In this document: positions 36,501 through 45,837 of the stretch, in pieces | Position numbering within the stretch: the first letter of the stretch is position 1 | Layout: every line of letters begins with the position of its first letter | NCBI GenBank assembly: GCA_964420805.1 | Contig: CAYQWK010000001.1 | Span: 3,773 to 67,772, forward strand | Direction: 5' to 3' | Length of the DNA stretch: 64,000 nt | Source: an uncultured Bifidobacteriaceae bacterium | GTDB lineage: Bacteria > Verrucomicrobiota > Verrucomicrobiia > Limisphaerales > SIBH01 | Notes under the pieces: generated by a model | The model's input: only the letters and a program-made list of their open reading frames with translations | What the model was told of the DNA's origin: nothing | The model's database searches: none | Position numbers and translations under genes: made by a program

Positions 36501-37459
36501 GCACCGACCAGGGCACGAACTGGCAGGCACTCACTTTCAACGACCTCACCTGGAGCAACGGCCAGGCCGAGTTGGGCTACGGCGACACCATTGCGCCGGA
36601 CAACAAGCCGGAGACCACCGTCATTGGCTGGGGTCCGGACGCAAACAACCGTTACATCACCTATTATTTCCGGCAGACGTTCGTCGTCGATTCGCTGGCC
36701 AACGTGAGCAACGTGACACTGGGCGTGTTGCGCGACGACGGCGCGCTGGCCCATCTAAACGCGGTCGAGGTGTTCCGCAGCAACATGCCGACGGGCGCGG
36801 TGAACTATCTCACCCGCGCGCCAACGAGTTGCGCCGGCACAGACGAGGCCACGTACTTTACGGCCAGCATCAGCCCTGCGCGCCTCGTCACGGGCACGAA
36901 CATCCTTGCCGTCGAAGTTCACTCGGTCACCAACACCAGCGTGGACATGAGCTTCGCCGCGATGCTCACCATGACGCGCACCGCGTTTGGCCCGGCCATT
37001 CTTGCGCCGCCGCAAAGCCAGACTGTCTTCGCTGGGGCGACTGCGACCTTCACCGCGAACGTGGCCGGGACCGCGCCTTTGGTTCACCAATGGCGCTTCA
37101 ATGGCACGCCCATTCCCGGCGCGACCGCCGCCACGCTTGTCCTGGGAAATGTGAACGCCACCAATGCCGGCGCTTATTCCGTCACCGTCAGCAACAGTGT
37201 CGCCACCGTGACCAGTGCGAGCGCAAATCTTGTCGTCATCAGCGCGCCGCATATCGCCCCGCTTTGGAACACCGCGAGCCACCGCCTCACCATCAACTTC
37301 AACGGCGACGCTACGCGCAGTTCGATCATCTTCGCCTCGACCAACCTGCAAACCTGGCTACCCGCCGCCACCAGCGCGCCGGGTGCGGGAATCATCTCGT
37401 GGGAAGACGCCGCGAGTTCCAACTACCCGGCGCGCTTCTACAAGGTCGAACAGCAGTAA
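33560..37459 (+). CDS. Same-frame continuation after the TAG (1,299 codons): jelly-roll-like module, four LTDs, Ig-like modules, second jelly-roll-like module, I-set-like Ig, C-terminal ARFYK domain; no credible start of its own
   Basis: Coding signal resumes at the codon after the TAG (TLWRYEQSGVAPATNWNRPGFDDSAWQQG). LTD motifs are VVLSEILADN..DYIELLN, LKINEWMA..DWIELFN, LVISEVLAH..LVEIHN and VVISEIMYHP..EFIELRN. The ORF-track start at 33653 is a TTG inside the domain. Confidence 0.75.
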   Translation, partial: TLWRYEQSGVAPATNWNRPGFDDSAWQQGPALLGASPGGLPDTLRTTLTTAANKMAFYFRTTFNFTGDVSTARMRLRQVIDDGAILYLNGVEILRTGMSSGDVSSLTPAFRNVGTAVFEGPFNIPSDSLVQGSNVLAAEVHQFNSSSTDVAFGVALDALVPPAPGGVVLSEILADNRSTITNGGSLPDYIELLNTTAITQNLNGLSLSDNVLVPGKYIFPSATIPPGGRLVVWCDDQTNAPGLHTGFALDNDGQTVALFSVTTNGFTLVDSVIFGLQLPDFSIARVAGTWQLATPTPGGANAAAPLGSPAALKINEWMATDSTGGDWIELFNTTPLPVALGDLYLTDDFAAPARGPLTPLSFIGPLGYRRFIADESPGQSARHVDFKLSGTGEVIGLYDAALALIDGVTFGPQTSDVSQGRLPDAATNIVFFPLTPSPEDANYLPLTNLVISEVLAHSDTPLEDLVEIHNLSAAPVDAGGWWLSDSKANLRKFRLPTNTVIAAGGFVTFAEHQFNTNTGTPFSLSGAHGDSVYLAAADAAGNLTGHRTGAAFGPAENGVSHGRFATSQGFEFAALATATFGSSNSAPRIGPVVISEIMYHPADFFDGSDNGRDEFIELRNIAATNVALFDPARPANRWRLRDAVDFTFPTNTLLASGEAVLVVGFDPLTNAPALAAFLDAYGSVSNARMFGPFTGQLDNSSDSVELVKPDAPVDVPGPDFGFVPSVLVDKAHYRDAAPWPAAADGTGASLQRRFNTAYGNDPTNWLAAAPSPGAVTTTNILPVVSVSTPFAVVIGPANISLTAAASDADGSVTKVEFFANGVKLGEDATAPYAFTWTNAPLGNHALTARARDNRGAAGISTPLALSVVSQLTTVALTAPANGSLFQAGGTVSMTATATNAAAPITNVDFLVSGVRIASDTSTPFNGSWVASAGSFALAAVAVDSTGLRTTSAPVQINVQAVLNTNITLIASNSFWRYLDNGTDQGTNWQALTFNDLTWSNGQAELGYGDTIAPDNKPETTVIGWGPDANNRYITYYFRQTFVVDSLANVSNVTLGVLRDDGALAHLNAVEVFRSNMPTGAVNYLTRAPTSCAGTDEATYFTASISPARLVTGTNILAVEVHSVTNTSVDMSFAAMLTMTRTAFGPAILAPPQSQTVFAGATATFTANVAGTAPLVHQWRFNGTPIPGATAATLVLGNVNATNAGAYSVTVSNSVATVTSASANLVVISAPHIAPLWNTASHRLTINFNGDATRSSIIFASTNLQTWLPAATSAPGAGIISWEDAASSNYPARFYKVEQQ

Positions 37460-37685
37460 GCCGCGCTTCCGACCGGTGGCGCATCGCGGATTATCGCAGG
37501 TGGCGCTTGTTGCGCTGTTCAGCCTCCGCAGTCTTGGTACGGAGGACGGGCGGAACGGAGGGCGTGACGCCGGAAGTTGCACCGCGCGGGATTGCATGGC
37601 CTGTCACAAACTACGATGCACCGGCCTTTTTGTGTTCTCTGTGTTCTTTGTGGCCAACTTGGGCATTCGGGTTCAATCATCGGCC

Positions 37686-38441
37686 ATGCAATCATTGCTG
37701 GCCGACCTGCTGAAACTCTCTCGCGACATCGGACGCGAGGACCGCGGAATGGCCATTCTTGGCGAAGGCAACACCTCGACGCGCATTGATGCCGGAAAGT
37801 TTGCGGTCAAGGCCAGCGGTTGCTGCCTTGCCACGCTGGAAGTTTCCGACCTCACCGTCTGCCAGACCCATTCGCTGCTGCCGCTCTTCGAGAAGAAGTC
37901 CGTGGCCGACCTCGACATGGAAATGGCGTTGCTGGAGGCGCGCGCGGACAAACAGGCGAAAAAGCCGAGCATCGAGGCGCTCTTCCACGCCTGGCTGCTC
38001 ACGCTCGAGGGTGTGAGCTTCGTCGGCCACTGCCATCCGCTGGCCTGCAACCAGATTCTCTGCTCGCCACGCGCGCGGGATTTCGCCACGCACCGGATGT
38101 TCCCCGACGAAATCGTGTGCTGCGGCCCGCAGTCTGTATTTGTGCCCTACGTCGATCCCGGACTGCCGCTGGCGCGGGAAATCCGCGACCGCACCATGTC
38201 ATACCTCAAGGAGCACAACCAACCGCCGCGCCTCATCCTGTTACAAAACCACGGTGTCATCGCCATCGGCGCGACGCCGGGCGCGGTGCTCGGCTGCCTG
38301 TTAATGGCGGAGAAGGCCGCACAAATCTTCATCGGCGCTGCGTCGATGGGTGGTCCGAATTTCCTCTCTGCGGCGAACGTGGACCGGATCGCCGGCCGGC
38401 CGGACGAGCATTACCGGCAACGGCAGTTGAAAATGAGTTGA
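37686..38441 (+). CDS. Class II aldolase/adducin-domain protein (probable rhamnulose-1-phosphate-aldolase-type partner of the kinase)
   Basis: An in-frame ATG at 37686 gives MQSLLADLLKLSRDIGRED..AILGEGNTSTR...VGHCHP...LLQNHGVIAIG, which are class II aldolase motifs. It lies directly upstream of the rhamnulokinase. Confidence 0.8.
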   Translation: MQSLLADLLKLSRDIGREDRGMAILGEGNTSTRIDAGKFAVKASGCCLATLEVSDLTVCQTHSLLPLFEKKSVADLDMEMALLEARADKQAKKPSIEALFHAWLLTLEGVSFVGHCHPLACNQILCSPRARDFATHRMFPDEIVCCGPQSVFVPYVDPGLPLAREIRDRTMSYLKEHNQPPRLILLQNHGVIAIGATPGAVLGCLLMAEKAAQIFIGAASMGGPNFLSAANVDRIAGRPDEHYRQRQLKMS

Positions 38442-38442
38442 G

Positions 38443-39990
38443 ATGACCCGAGGTATATTCGATTCCCCTGAAATTTCCATGAGCCACTCCACAGCGCATC
38501 CAGCCAACTCCAGTTCCAAACTCTCCGCCCATTACCTCGCCTGCGACCTCGGCGCCGAAAGCGGCCGGTTGATGCTCGGCACCCTCGCAAACGGGCGCAT
38601 CATGCTGGAGGAACTGCACCGATTCCCGAACACGCCGTCGCGGAACGGCGAGTCGCTGCACTGGAATATCGCGGCCCTGTTTGCCGAGTTGAAGACCGGG
38701 CTGCGGAAGGCGGCAGCCCGCAAGGTTCCGATTGCCAGCATCAGCACGGATTCATGGGGCGTGGATTACGCGCTCTTCGACGCGGACGGCGCGATGATCC
38801 CGCCGGTGTTCCACTATCGCGATCCGCGCACCGCGCGTGGCGTCGCCCGGGCGCAATCGCTTGTGCCGTGGGAGAAGATCTTCAGCGAAACCGGCATCCA
38901 GCACATGCCGTTGAACACGCTTTACCAACTCGCGGCGGAAACACCGGAACGGCTGCGCGTCGCGCGGCAACTGCTGATGATCGGCGACGCGTTCAACCAC
39001 CTCCTCGGTGGCGCGCCGCGCGCGGAGGAATCGCTGGCCAGCACCAGCCAGTTCTACAACCCGCGCACCAAGGCGTGGTCGCGCCCGTTGCTCGATGCCA
39101 TCGGCGTGCCGGCGACGTTGCTGCCGGAGATCGTTCCCTCCGGCGCGCGGATCGGCGTGTTGAACGTGGAGTTGGCCCGCGAATCCGGCCTGCCGCAAAT
39201 CGAGGTGATCGCGACGTGTTCGCACGACACCGGCGCGGCTGTCGCCGCCGTGCCCGCCAGCGGCGCGGACTGGGCTTACCTCAGCTCGGGCACATGGTCG
39301 TTGATGGGGGTGGAATTGCCGGAGCCGCTGATCAATGAACAATCACGCACGCTGAACTTCACGAACGAGATCGGGTTCGGAAGCTCGGTGCGTTTGCTCA
39401 AGAACATCATCGGCCTCTGGATCATCCAGGAATGCCGCCGCGAATGGGCGCGCGCCGGCCAGGATTTCGACTACGCGACGCTCACGCGCCTGGCGTCGGA
39501 GGCGAAGCCGTTCGCCGCGCTCATAAACCCGGGCGACGCGCGGTTCCTCCCGCCCGGCGACATGCCGGAGAAGATCGCGTCGTTCTGCCGTGAGACGGGC
39601 CAGACGCCGCCGGCGACGCCCGGCGAAACGGTCCGGTGCGTCCTCGAATCCCTTGCCCTGCTCTACCGCCGCACGTTGGACAGCATCCAGGATTTGACCG
39701 GCCGGAAGATCGGCCGCCTGCACATCGTCGGAGGCGGCAGCCGCAACGACCTGCTCAACCAGTTCGCCGCCAATGCGCTGCAAATCCCCGTTGTCGCCGG
39801 GCCCGTCGAGGCCACGGCGCTGGGCAACGTGCTCATCCAGGCCATCGCGCTCGGGCACCTGCCGTCGCTCGCCGCAGCGCGCGCGGTGGTAAAGGAGTCC
39901 TTCGCGGTGACGGAAATTGCACCGTGCGACGCCGCGGTCTGGGCCGCGGCGCACGAGAGATTCAAGGACCTGCTTGCGCGCCAGACCTGA
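38443..39990 (+). CDS. rhaB: Rhamnulokinase (FGGY carbohydrate kinase family)
   Basis: YLACDLGAESGRLMLG, SISTDSWGVDYALFD, VFHYRDPRT and HIVGGGSRNDLLNQ are RhaB-like FGGY motifs. Confidence 0.85.
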   Translation: MTRGIFDSPEISMSHSTAHPANSSSKLSAHYLACDLGAESGRLMLGTLANGRIMLEELHRFPNTPSRNGESLHWNIAALFAELKTGLRKAAARKVPIASISTDSWGVDYALFDADGAMIPPVFHYRDPRTARGVARAQSLVPWEKIFSETGIQHMPLNTLYQLAAETPERLRVARQLLMIGDAFNHLLGGAPRAEESLASTSQFYNPRTKAWSRPLLDAIGVPATLLPEIVPSGARIGVLNVELARESGLPQIEVIATCSHDTGAAVAAVPASGADWAYLSSGTWSLMGVELPEPLINEQSRTLNFTNEIGFGSSVRLLKNIIGLWIIQECRREWARAGQDFDYATLTRLASEAKPFAALINPGDARFLPPGDMPEKIASFCRETGQTPPATPGETVRCVLESLALLYRRTLDSIQDLTGRKIGRLHIVGGGSRNDLLNQFAANALQIPVVAGPVEATALGNVLIQAIALGHLPSLAAARAVVKESFAVTEIAPCDAAVWAAAHERFKDLLARQT

Positions 39991-40012
39991 AACACCCCGT
40001 CGCGTTGGACTG

Positions 40013-40492
40013 GTGCCGTGGATTCTCGCGCACGCGCTGGCGACGGGCGGCGCGGTGGCGTTGATGCAATTTGCCCTGGGCGTCCCGCAAGGATCGCTCT
40101 TCGCCATCCCCGTGGCCATCGGAGTCGCGCAGGCCTTGCTGCTGCGCCTGCCGCTGCTCGTGGCGGCGGCGTGGGTAGGGCTGTCGCTGGCCGGGATGAT
40201 CCTGTCGTTCGCAGCCACCTGGTTCTTCATCGCCGTGATCGGCTTCACGATGTGTGCCGCGCAAAGCCTGCTGGTATGGAAGCGGCGCATCGCGCGGCCC
40301 TGGCTCTGGATTGTCGCGGGCGGAGTCAGTTGGGGATTGGGCGAACTGGCGGGCCTTCCGATTGCGAACACTCTATTGGGCGCGCCGGGCACGGACAGTT
40401 GGAGCCACATTGCCCTTGCCCACGTCTTCGTCGGGATCGTCCACGGCGCAGGCACCGGAATCGCGCTGCGATTCGGACCGCGCCGTCAGTAG
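40013..40492 (+). CDS. Small polytopic membrane protein, unknown function (start uncertain: GTG 40013 or ATG 40064)
   Basis: Four to five hydrophobic segments (WILAHALATGGAVALMQFALG..., LLVAAAWVGLSLAGMILSFAATWFFIAVIGF...). The part of ORF 39917 that overlaps rhaB is discarded. Confidence 0.5.
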   Translation: MPWILAHALATGGAVALMQFALGVPQGSLFAIPVAIGVAQALLLRLPLLVAAAWVGLSLAGMILSFAATWFFIAVIGFTMCAAQSLLVWKRRIARPWLWIVAGGVSWGLGELAGLPIANTLLGAPGTDSWSHIALAHVFVGIVHGAGTGIALRFGPRRQ

Positions 40493-40806
40493 CGCGGCAT
40501 CGCGGGATCAACGTCGGACGTCCAGCGGTCGATGCCGCCGGAGAGATTCCGGACGTTCTTGAACCCGGCGACTCCCAGCATCGCCACCGCACGCGCGCTG
40601 CGAATTCCGTGGTGGCAATAGACCACCACCGCAGCCTCCCGCCAGTCCTCGATCTCATCCAACCGCACCGCCAGTTCGCCGAGCGGAATCAACGTCGAAC
40701 CCGGCAACGCCGCGAAGGCGTGTTCGTCTGGCTGTCGGACATCAAGCAGACGGGGCGGTTGCGCGGACTTCAATTCCGCGGCGAGTTCGAGCGGTGACAA
40801 TTGCAT
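40486..40806 (-). CDS. Rhodanese-domain sulfurtransferase, 106 aa
   Basis: LLDVRQPDEH...VVVYCHHGIRSARA...NLSGGIDRW contains the single rhodanese active-site loop CHHGIRS. Confidence 0.85.
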   Translation of the reverse strand: MQLSPLELAAELKSAQPPRLLDVRQPDEHAFAALPGSTLIPLGELAVRLDEIEDWREAAVVVYCHHGIRSARAVAMLGVAGFKNVRNLSGGIDRWTSDVDPAMPRY

Positions 40807-40872
40807 GGGTAAGGCAACGATGCGCGATGAACCGGCGCGGGCCTTAAGTGCCAACGCCGGAGCAAGCGCGGA

Positions 40873-41802
40873 TCACGCGTTGGCGGCGGAGAGCAGTCGC
40901 TCGCATTCGATGGCCGCCGCGCAGCCCATCCCCGCCGCCGTGATGGCCTGACGATAGACACGGTCCGAGCAGTCGCCGGCCACGAATACTCCGGGGACGT
41001 TCGTCTCCGCGCCGTGCTTTGGAATGATGTAGCCCGCGTCATCCATGTCGATCACGCCCTTGAACAACTGCGTGTTTGGCACATGGCCGATGGCGACGAA
41101 GACGCCAGCGCAGGGCAGCACAGACTCGGCGTTGGTCTTGAGATTCTTCACGCGCACGCCGGTGACTTTGCCCGTTTTCACGTCAAGCACCTCGGTCACG
41201 ACGCTGTCCCAGACCGGCTTGATCTTGGGATTGGCCAACGTGCGGTCGGCCATGACTTTCGAGGCCCGCAACGTGTCGCGGCGGTGAATGAGGTAAACCG
41301 TCGAACCGAAGCGCGTGAGATAAGTCGCCTCTTCGCAAGCGGAGTCACCGCCGCCCACCACCACGAGCGGTTGGTTGCGAAACATCGGCAACGCGCCGTC
41401 GCAGGTGGCGCAATAGGTAACGCCCTTCTTCTCCAGTTCGTGTTCGCCGGGCGCGCCAAGGTGCTTGTGCCCGGCGCCGCTGGCGATGATGACAGTCTCC
41501 GCCTGCAGGGACTCGCCATCCACCTTGAGAGTGAACGGGCGTTTGGACAATTCCACGGACTCGACGGTGCCGAACTGGATGCGCGCACCAAATCGTTCGG
41601 CCTGCTTCTGCAGGCGCGTCATCAACTCGAAGCCGTCGATGCCCTCGGGGAAGCCCGGGAAGTTCTCGACGATGCTGGTGGTGGTGAGAAGTCCGCCGGG
41701 CATGGTGCCAGTGAGAACAAGCGGACTGAGGTTCGCGCGGGCGGTGTAAAGCGCGGCGGTAAGCCCCGCGCAGCCCGTTCCGATGATGACGACTTTTTCC
41801 AT
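40873..41802 (-). CDS. trxB: Thioredoxin-disulfide reductase
   Basis: MEKVVIIGTGCAGLTAALY is the FAD GxGxxG motif, YCATCDG the redox CxxC, VVVGGGDSACEEA the NADPH site, and GVFVAGD is also present. Confidence 0.93.
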   Translation of the reverse strand: MEKVVIIGTGCAGLTAALYTARANLSPLVLTGTMPGGLLTTTSIVENFPGFPEGIDGFELMTRLQKQAERFGARIQFGTVESVELSKRPFTLKVDGESLQAETVIIASGAGHKHLGAPGEHELEKKGVTYCATCDGALPMFRNQPLVVVGGGDSACEEATYLTRFGSTVYLIHRRDTLRASKVMADRTLANPKIKPVWDSVVTEVLDVKTGKVTGVRVKNLKTNAESVLPCAGVFVAIGHVPNTQLFKGVIDMDDAGYIIPKHGAETNVPGVFVAGDCSDRVYRQAITAAGMGCAAAIECERLLSAANA

Positions 41803-41953
41803 AAGGGGCGGCACGGTAGGTTGGGAGTCGATGTGCTTCAAGCGGGGATTCAATCCGCCTTCGACTGCTCATGACTCGGATTTCATGGATGGCGAACTTC
41901 GCCGCCTTCATCCGTGGCAGAAGCCTCTCGTTCCTCGCTGCGTTTGGTTCCTC

Positions 41954-43723
41954 TCACTCCACCTCGGCGGAGAGTTGGGTGAGCATTGCCATCTCGCGCC
42001 GCTGCAAATAGCGCCCCAAAGGCGCGAGCGAACGCCAGTAGATTAGCACCGCCGCCGCGGCAAGGACCACGGATAGAATGAGGCTGACCGGAACCCATTT
42101 CGCACCGCCCGTGAACTGCCAGATCATCTCGGCCACGGCCGGCACGGCCGCCGGAATCATGAAGACCGGAAACAAAAGGTGCCCGGCGAACAGTAACAGC
42201 GTGGCTTTGGCCGGCAACTTCGTGGGCTTCATTGAACCGGCCTGAATGCGATACGGCACGAGGATGGACAGCATGTTGCCCAGCGCGGACATGAGAACGA
42301 ACATCGCAATCCATTGCAGCACGCCGGCGAGTATCAAATCCGGCCCCAGCCCAGCGCGCCACGCAGCCACCCCAAGGAACGTCATGCCGGCGCAAAACGC
42401 TGGCGGCACGTTCGCCAGGTTCTTGCCGAGCAATATCCACCTTCGGTCCATCGGCGAAAGCACCAGCGCACGGAACCCGGCGCGGTCGAAGCCGAAGTGG
42501 TTGCCCATGAACTGCAGCAGCGTGAACATGGTCACCGCCACCGCCGCGGTCGCGGCCAGCGGCCGGACTTGCTCCGGCATCTCACCCCGGGTGTTGACCA
42601 GCACCATAGCTCCTGCGAACAGCATGATGATGAAGGTGCTGCCCCAAGCCATCTTCACCTCGGGCGCGCGCAGGCAGGAACGAAAAGTTGCCACTCCGAC
42701 CGCCGCGGCCTCCTCCGGCACCAGCGGAAGGCGGCGCTCGACGAGCAGCGGCCTGTTCCGCACGGGAGGTGCTTTCGCCTGGGTAACGGTGGCTGCGGGC
42801 GCCGATGGCGATGCCGCCGGCTTCCCCACTGGCCCGCCGTGGTAAAACCGGATGGTGCCGCGATAGGCGCGCCGCAACCCCAGCGCTCCCAAACCCGCGC
42901 AACCGGCGAAGCCGAGCAAGGCCGGCAGAGCGCTTCCCTCGGCAAGCGATTGCGCGCCCACGGGCAGCCAGAATGGTGGCACGTATTTCTGCGCGGCGAT
43001 GAAGGTCTCAAGGGCGCGCTGATTTCGCTCTTGTCGCGACTGGCGGAATTGCTTCCGTTCCTCGGCGGTCGCGCCAGGAGGCGGATTCTTTGTCAGATCG
43101 CGGCGGATGATTTGGAAGTAGAAGTTAGGTGCTTGCGCCGCAACGATGAACACGAGCGTGACGATCATGATCACGGCGCGCCGTTTGCGCGGGTTGGTCA
43201 TCAACGCGGCCAGCCAACCGCGCAGGCAGTAAGTCCATGCCGTGATCATGAAGACCATCGAGAGCGCCAGCGGAAGAAGCAGCAACATCATCGGCCCGCG
43301 CGCGAACGCCAGGCCCAGCGCGAGGCCAACCATCGCCGGAACCAGCAGCACGACGCTCACGGCGAGATGGGAGGCGAGGTAGTTGAAGAAGAAAACCGGA
43401 CGCAACGACACCGGCAGGTGCATCAGCCGTTGCAGGTCGATGCTTTCGCTGCGCTGCAACTCCGCCATCAGACCGATCATCCAGAAGAGCAGGAAGAAGA
43501 ACGTCAGGCCGTCCCAGGTGAACAGGATGGCCATCGGCGGGGCGCTCTTGAACGCCAGGGCGCCCGCCATCAGGCCGCCCACGAATCCGCCCGCCCCGAG
43601 CAACCCCGCGCCAACGAGCATGAGCACCGACAGCACGGTCCCGAGCGCCCCGGCCCTGCGCAACTGGTTGCGCGAAAGCCGCCAGCGCAGCCACAGGATG
43701 GTCTTGATCTGATCCCAGTTCAC
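41954..43723 (-). CDS. Polytopic membrane protein, putative permease partner of the adjacent ABC ATPase
   Basis: 589 aa with at least 10 hydrophobic segments. It lies 10 nt downstream of the ATPase gene on the same strand. Confidence 0.75.
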   Translation of the reverse strand: MNWDQIKTILWLRWRLSRNQLRRAGALGTVLSVLMLVGAGLLGAGGFVGGLMAGALAFKSAPPMAILFTWDGLTFFFLLFWMIGLMAELQRSESIDLQRLMHLPVSLRPVFFFNYLASHLAVSVVLLVPAMVGLALGLAFARGPMMLLLLPLALSMVFMITAWTYCLRGWLAALMTNPRKRRAVIMIVTLVFIVAAQAPNFYFQIIRRDLTKNPPPGATAEERKQFRQSRQERNQRALETFIAAQKYVPPFWLPVGAQSLAEGSALPALLGFAGCAGLGALGLRRAYRGTIRFYHGGPVGKPAASPSAPAATVTQAKAPPVRNRPLLVERRLPLVPEEAAAVGVATFRSCLRAPEVKMAWGSTFIIMLFAGAMVLVNTRGEMPEQVRPLAATAAVAVTMFTLLQFMGNHFGFDRAGFRALVLSPMDRRWILLGKNLANVPPAFCAGMTFLGVAAWRAGLGPDLILAGVLQWIAMFVLMSALGNMLSILVPYRIQAGSMKPTKLPAKATLLLFAGHLLFPVFMIPAAVPAVAEMIWQFTGGAKWVPVSLILSVVLAAAAVLIYWRSLAPLGRYLQRREMAMLTQLSAEVE

Positions 43724-43733
43724 GGCGTGCCGA

Positions 43734-44492
43734 TCATCCTTCGAGCCAGCTCAGTTTCTGCGCCTCATGCTGGCCCTGCCCGACCACAGCCAGGAATTTG
43801 TCCTCCAGCGTGCCCGCCTGGCGCACCTCATCAATGCCGCCCTGATAAACCAGTTCTCCGCGTGCTATGATCCCGACGTCCGTGCAAAGCCGATCGACGA
43901 TTTCGAGGACATGCGAGGTCAGGAAGATGGTGGCTCCGCGTTCGACACAACGCTTGAGCATGTCTCGCAGAACGCGCGAGGCCACGGCGTCCACGCCCTC
44001 GAACGGCTCGTCGAGAAACAGCAAGTCCGGCTTGGGAATCAACGCGGCAGCCAGGGCGAGCTTCTTCTTCATGCCGTGCGAAAACTCGAGGGTGAGTTTG
44101 GAATCATCATCGAGATCCATGATCGAAAGCAGTTCGTCGCAACGCGTGCGGATGACATCAAGCGGCAGCGAATACATCCGGCCGATGAAGGTCAGCATCT
44201 CCCGCGCGGTGAGGTTGTCGAATAGCGCGAGATTCTCCGGCACCACGCCGATGCGGCGTTTCACTTCGAGCGCTCGGGCAGGATCGCTGATGTCCTCACC
44301 GAGGATGCGGATCGAGCCGCTCGTGGGCGCGAGCAGGCCGGTGAGCATCTTGATGGTGGTGGACTTGCCCGCCCCGTTGGGTCCGAGAAAGCCGTAGAAG
44401 CGGCCGGTCTCGACACGCAGATTGATCTGGTTCACGGCGCGAAAGGTCCCGAAGTCGCGCGTGAGGCTGGTGGTTTCAATGGCGGCACTCAT
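43734..44492 (-). CDS. ABC transporter ATP-binding protein
   Basis: Trimmed to the ATG at 44492 (MSAAIETTSLTRDFG). Walker A is GPNGAGKST, the signature is FSHGMKKKL, and Walker B is LLFLDEP. Confidence 0.9.
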   Translation of the reverse strand: MSAAIETTSLTRDFGTFRAVNQINLRVETGRFYGFLGPNGAGKSTTIKMLTGLLAPTSGSIRILGEDISDPARALEVKRRIGVVPENLALFDNLTAREMLTFIGRMYSLPLDVIRTRCDELLSIMDLDDDSKLTLEFSHGMKKKLALAAALIPKPDLLFLDEPFEGVDAVASRVLRDMLKRCVERGATIFLTSHVLEIVDRLCTDVGIIARGELVYQGGIDEVRQAGTLEDKFLAVVGQGQHEAQKLSWLEG

Positions 44493-44655
44493 TATCCCGT
44501 TCGCGCGCGACGCTACGATTTCACCGGCGCGGCGCGAGCAGAATCTTTTCGGACGCACGGACCGCAGGAGCACAACTCCGCAAGTTCATGGAATTGTCAC
44601 CGTTTCTTCGCCCGCCGGTCGTTGCAGGAACACACCGGGCAGCCAGAATGACGCC

Positions 44656-45057
44656 GTGAATCCGGCAAGAATACTGGTGGTGGACGATGAACCTGATGTG
44701 GTGGAACTGATCCGCTTCCACCTCGAAGCCCAAGGCCATCAAGTCATCACGGCTTTCAATGGCTTCGATGCCATCGCCCAAGTGCGCCGCCGGACGCCTG
44801 ACCTGGTCATCCTCGATGTGATGATGGAGGGCGTGGATGGACTTTCCGTCTGCGAAATTCTCCGCGCGCAGCCCGCCACGCGTGGGACGCCCGTCATCAT
44901 CGTCACCGCCGCCGTGGGTGAAATGGCGAAGTTGAACAGTTACGCGGCCGGGGCGACGGATTTCGTGACCAAACCGTTCAGCCCGCAGGAACTGGTGAAG
45001 AAGGCCGGCCGCCTCCTCGACGCCACCCTCCGGCGGAGCAATCCTGGCACAATGTGA
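44656..45057 (+). CDS. Single-domain CheY-like response regulator (GTG start)
   Basis: (M)NPARILVVDDEPDVVELI...DLVILDVMMEGVDG...TKPF contains the receiver-domain D-D, D and K residues. No output domain. Confidence 0.8.
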   Translation: MNPARILVVDDEPDVVELIRFHLEAQGHQVITAFNGFDAIAQVRRRTPDLVILDVMMEGVDGLSVCEILRAQPATRGTPVIIVTAAVGEMAKLNSYAAGATDFVTKPFSPQELVKKAGRLLDATLRRSNPGTM

Positions 45058-45168
45058 ACCGAGCTAACGAGGCGCGAACGAATCGAGTTGGGTTGAACTC
45101 GGGATAGAGGGAACAAATCCCCGATGCGCCCACCCGCAACAACCGGAGCGGCCCGGACGGCTCCGCCC

Positions 45169-45738
45169 TCACTTCCCAAGTTTCAGGAAGTTGCGCAGGA
45201 TCATCCGCCCCTCTTCGGTGAGGATGCTCTCGGGATGAAATTGCACGCCCCAGATCGGCAAGGTCTTGTGCCGCACACCCATGATCTCACCCTCGTCGGT
45301 TTCGGCGGTGACTTCCAGGCAGTCGGGCATGGTGTCGCGCTTGATGACCAGGGAATGGTAGCGCGTGGCGGCGAACGGGTTGGGCATCCCCTCGAACAAA
45401 TCGCGCCCGTTGTGCCGGATGGGCGAGGTCTTGCCGTGCATCATCCGGTAATTCACCACCACCTCCGCGCCGAAGGTGTGACCGATGCACTGGTGCCCGA
45501 GGCAGACGCCCAGCGTGGGCACCCGGCCAGCGAAGCGCCGTATGACCTCGTTGGAAAGGCCAGACTCGCGAGGTGAACACGGGCCGGGCGAGATCAGGAT
45601 GCGCTCTGGCTTCAACGCCTCGATCTGGTCGAGCTTGATCTGATCGTTGCGATGCACGCGCATGTCCACGTTCATCTCACCCAGATACTGGACGAGGTTG
45701 TAGGTGAACGAATCGTAGTTATCGATGACCAGCAACAT
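45169..45738 (-). CDS. Glutamine amidotransferase, anthranilate/aminodeoxychorismate synthase component II (TrpG/PabA type)
   Basis: [36 protein letters not shown] (catalytic Cys) and VQFHPES. Confidence 0.9.
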   Translation of the reverse strand: MLLVIDNYDSFTYNLVQYLGEMNVDMRVHRNDQIKLDQIEALKPERILISPGPCSPRESGLSNEVIRRFAGRVPTLGVCLGHQCIGHTFGAEVVVNYRMMHGKTSPIRHNGRDLFEGMPNPFAATRYHSLVIKRDTMPDCLEVTAETDEGEIMGVRHKTLPIWGVQFHPESILTEEGRMILRNFLKLGK

Positions 45739-45837
45739 GCGGCGGACGGTAGCGGGCGGAGCCGCGGGTTGAAAGTTGAGAGTTGCCACCGCTCCACAAC
45801 GCGAAGCAACGATCAACTCCCAGACCTTACGCCCCGA

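Noticed and set aside
26389-36754. A series of long minus-strand ORFs inside the giant genes (26389..27630, 27760..29097, 29221..30267, 31001..32626, 33455..35359, 35411..36754)
   Set aside because: All are antisense to frames with clear domain repeats (Ig-like, LTD, CotH, ENPP). Their translations are low-complexity and Arg/Gly/Asp-rich. They are GC-driven open frames, not genes.
37600-37660. A direct-repeat-like string, tttttgtgttctctgtgttctttgtggcc, after the giant gene
   Set aside because: There are only two short imperfect copies and no stem for a terminator. There is insufficient evidence to call a feature.
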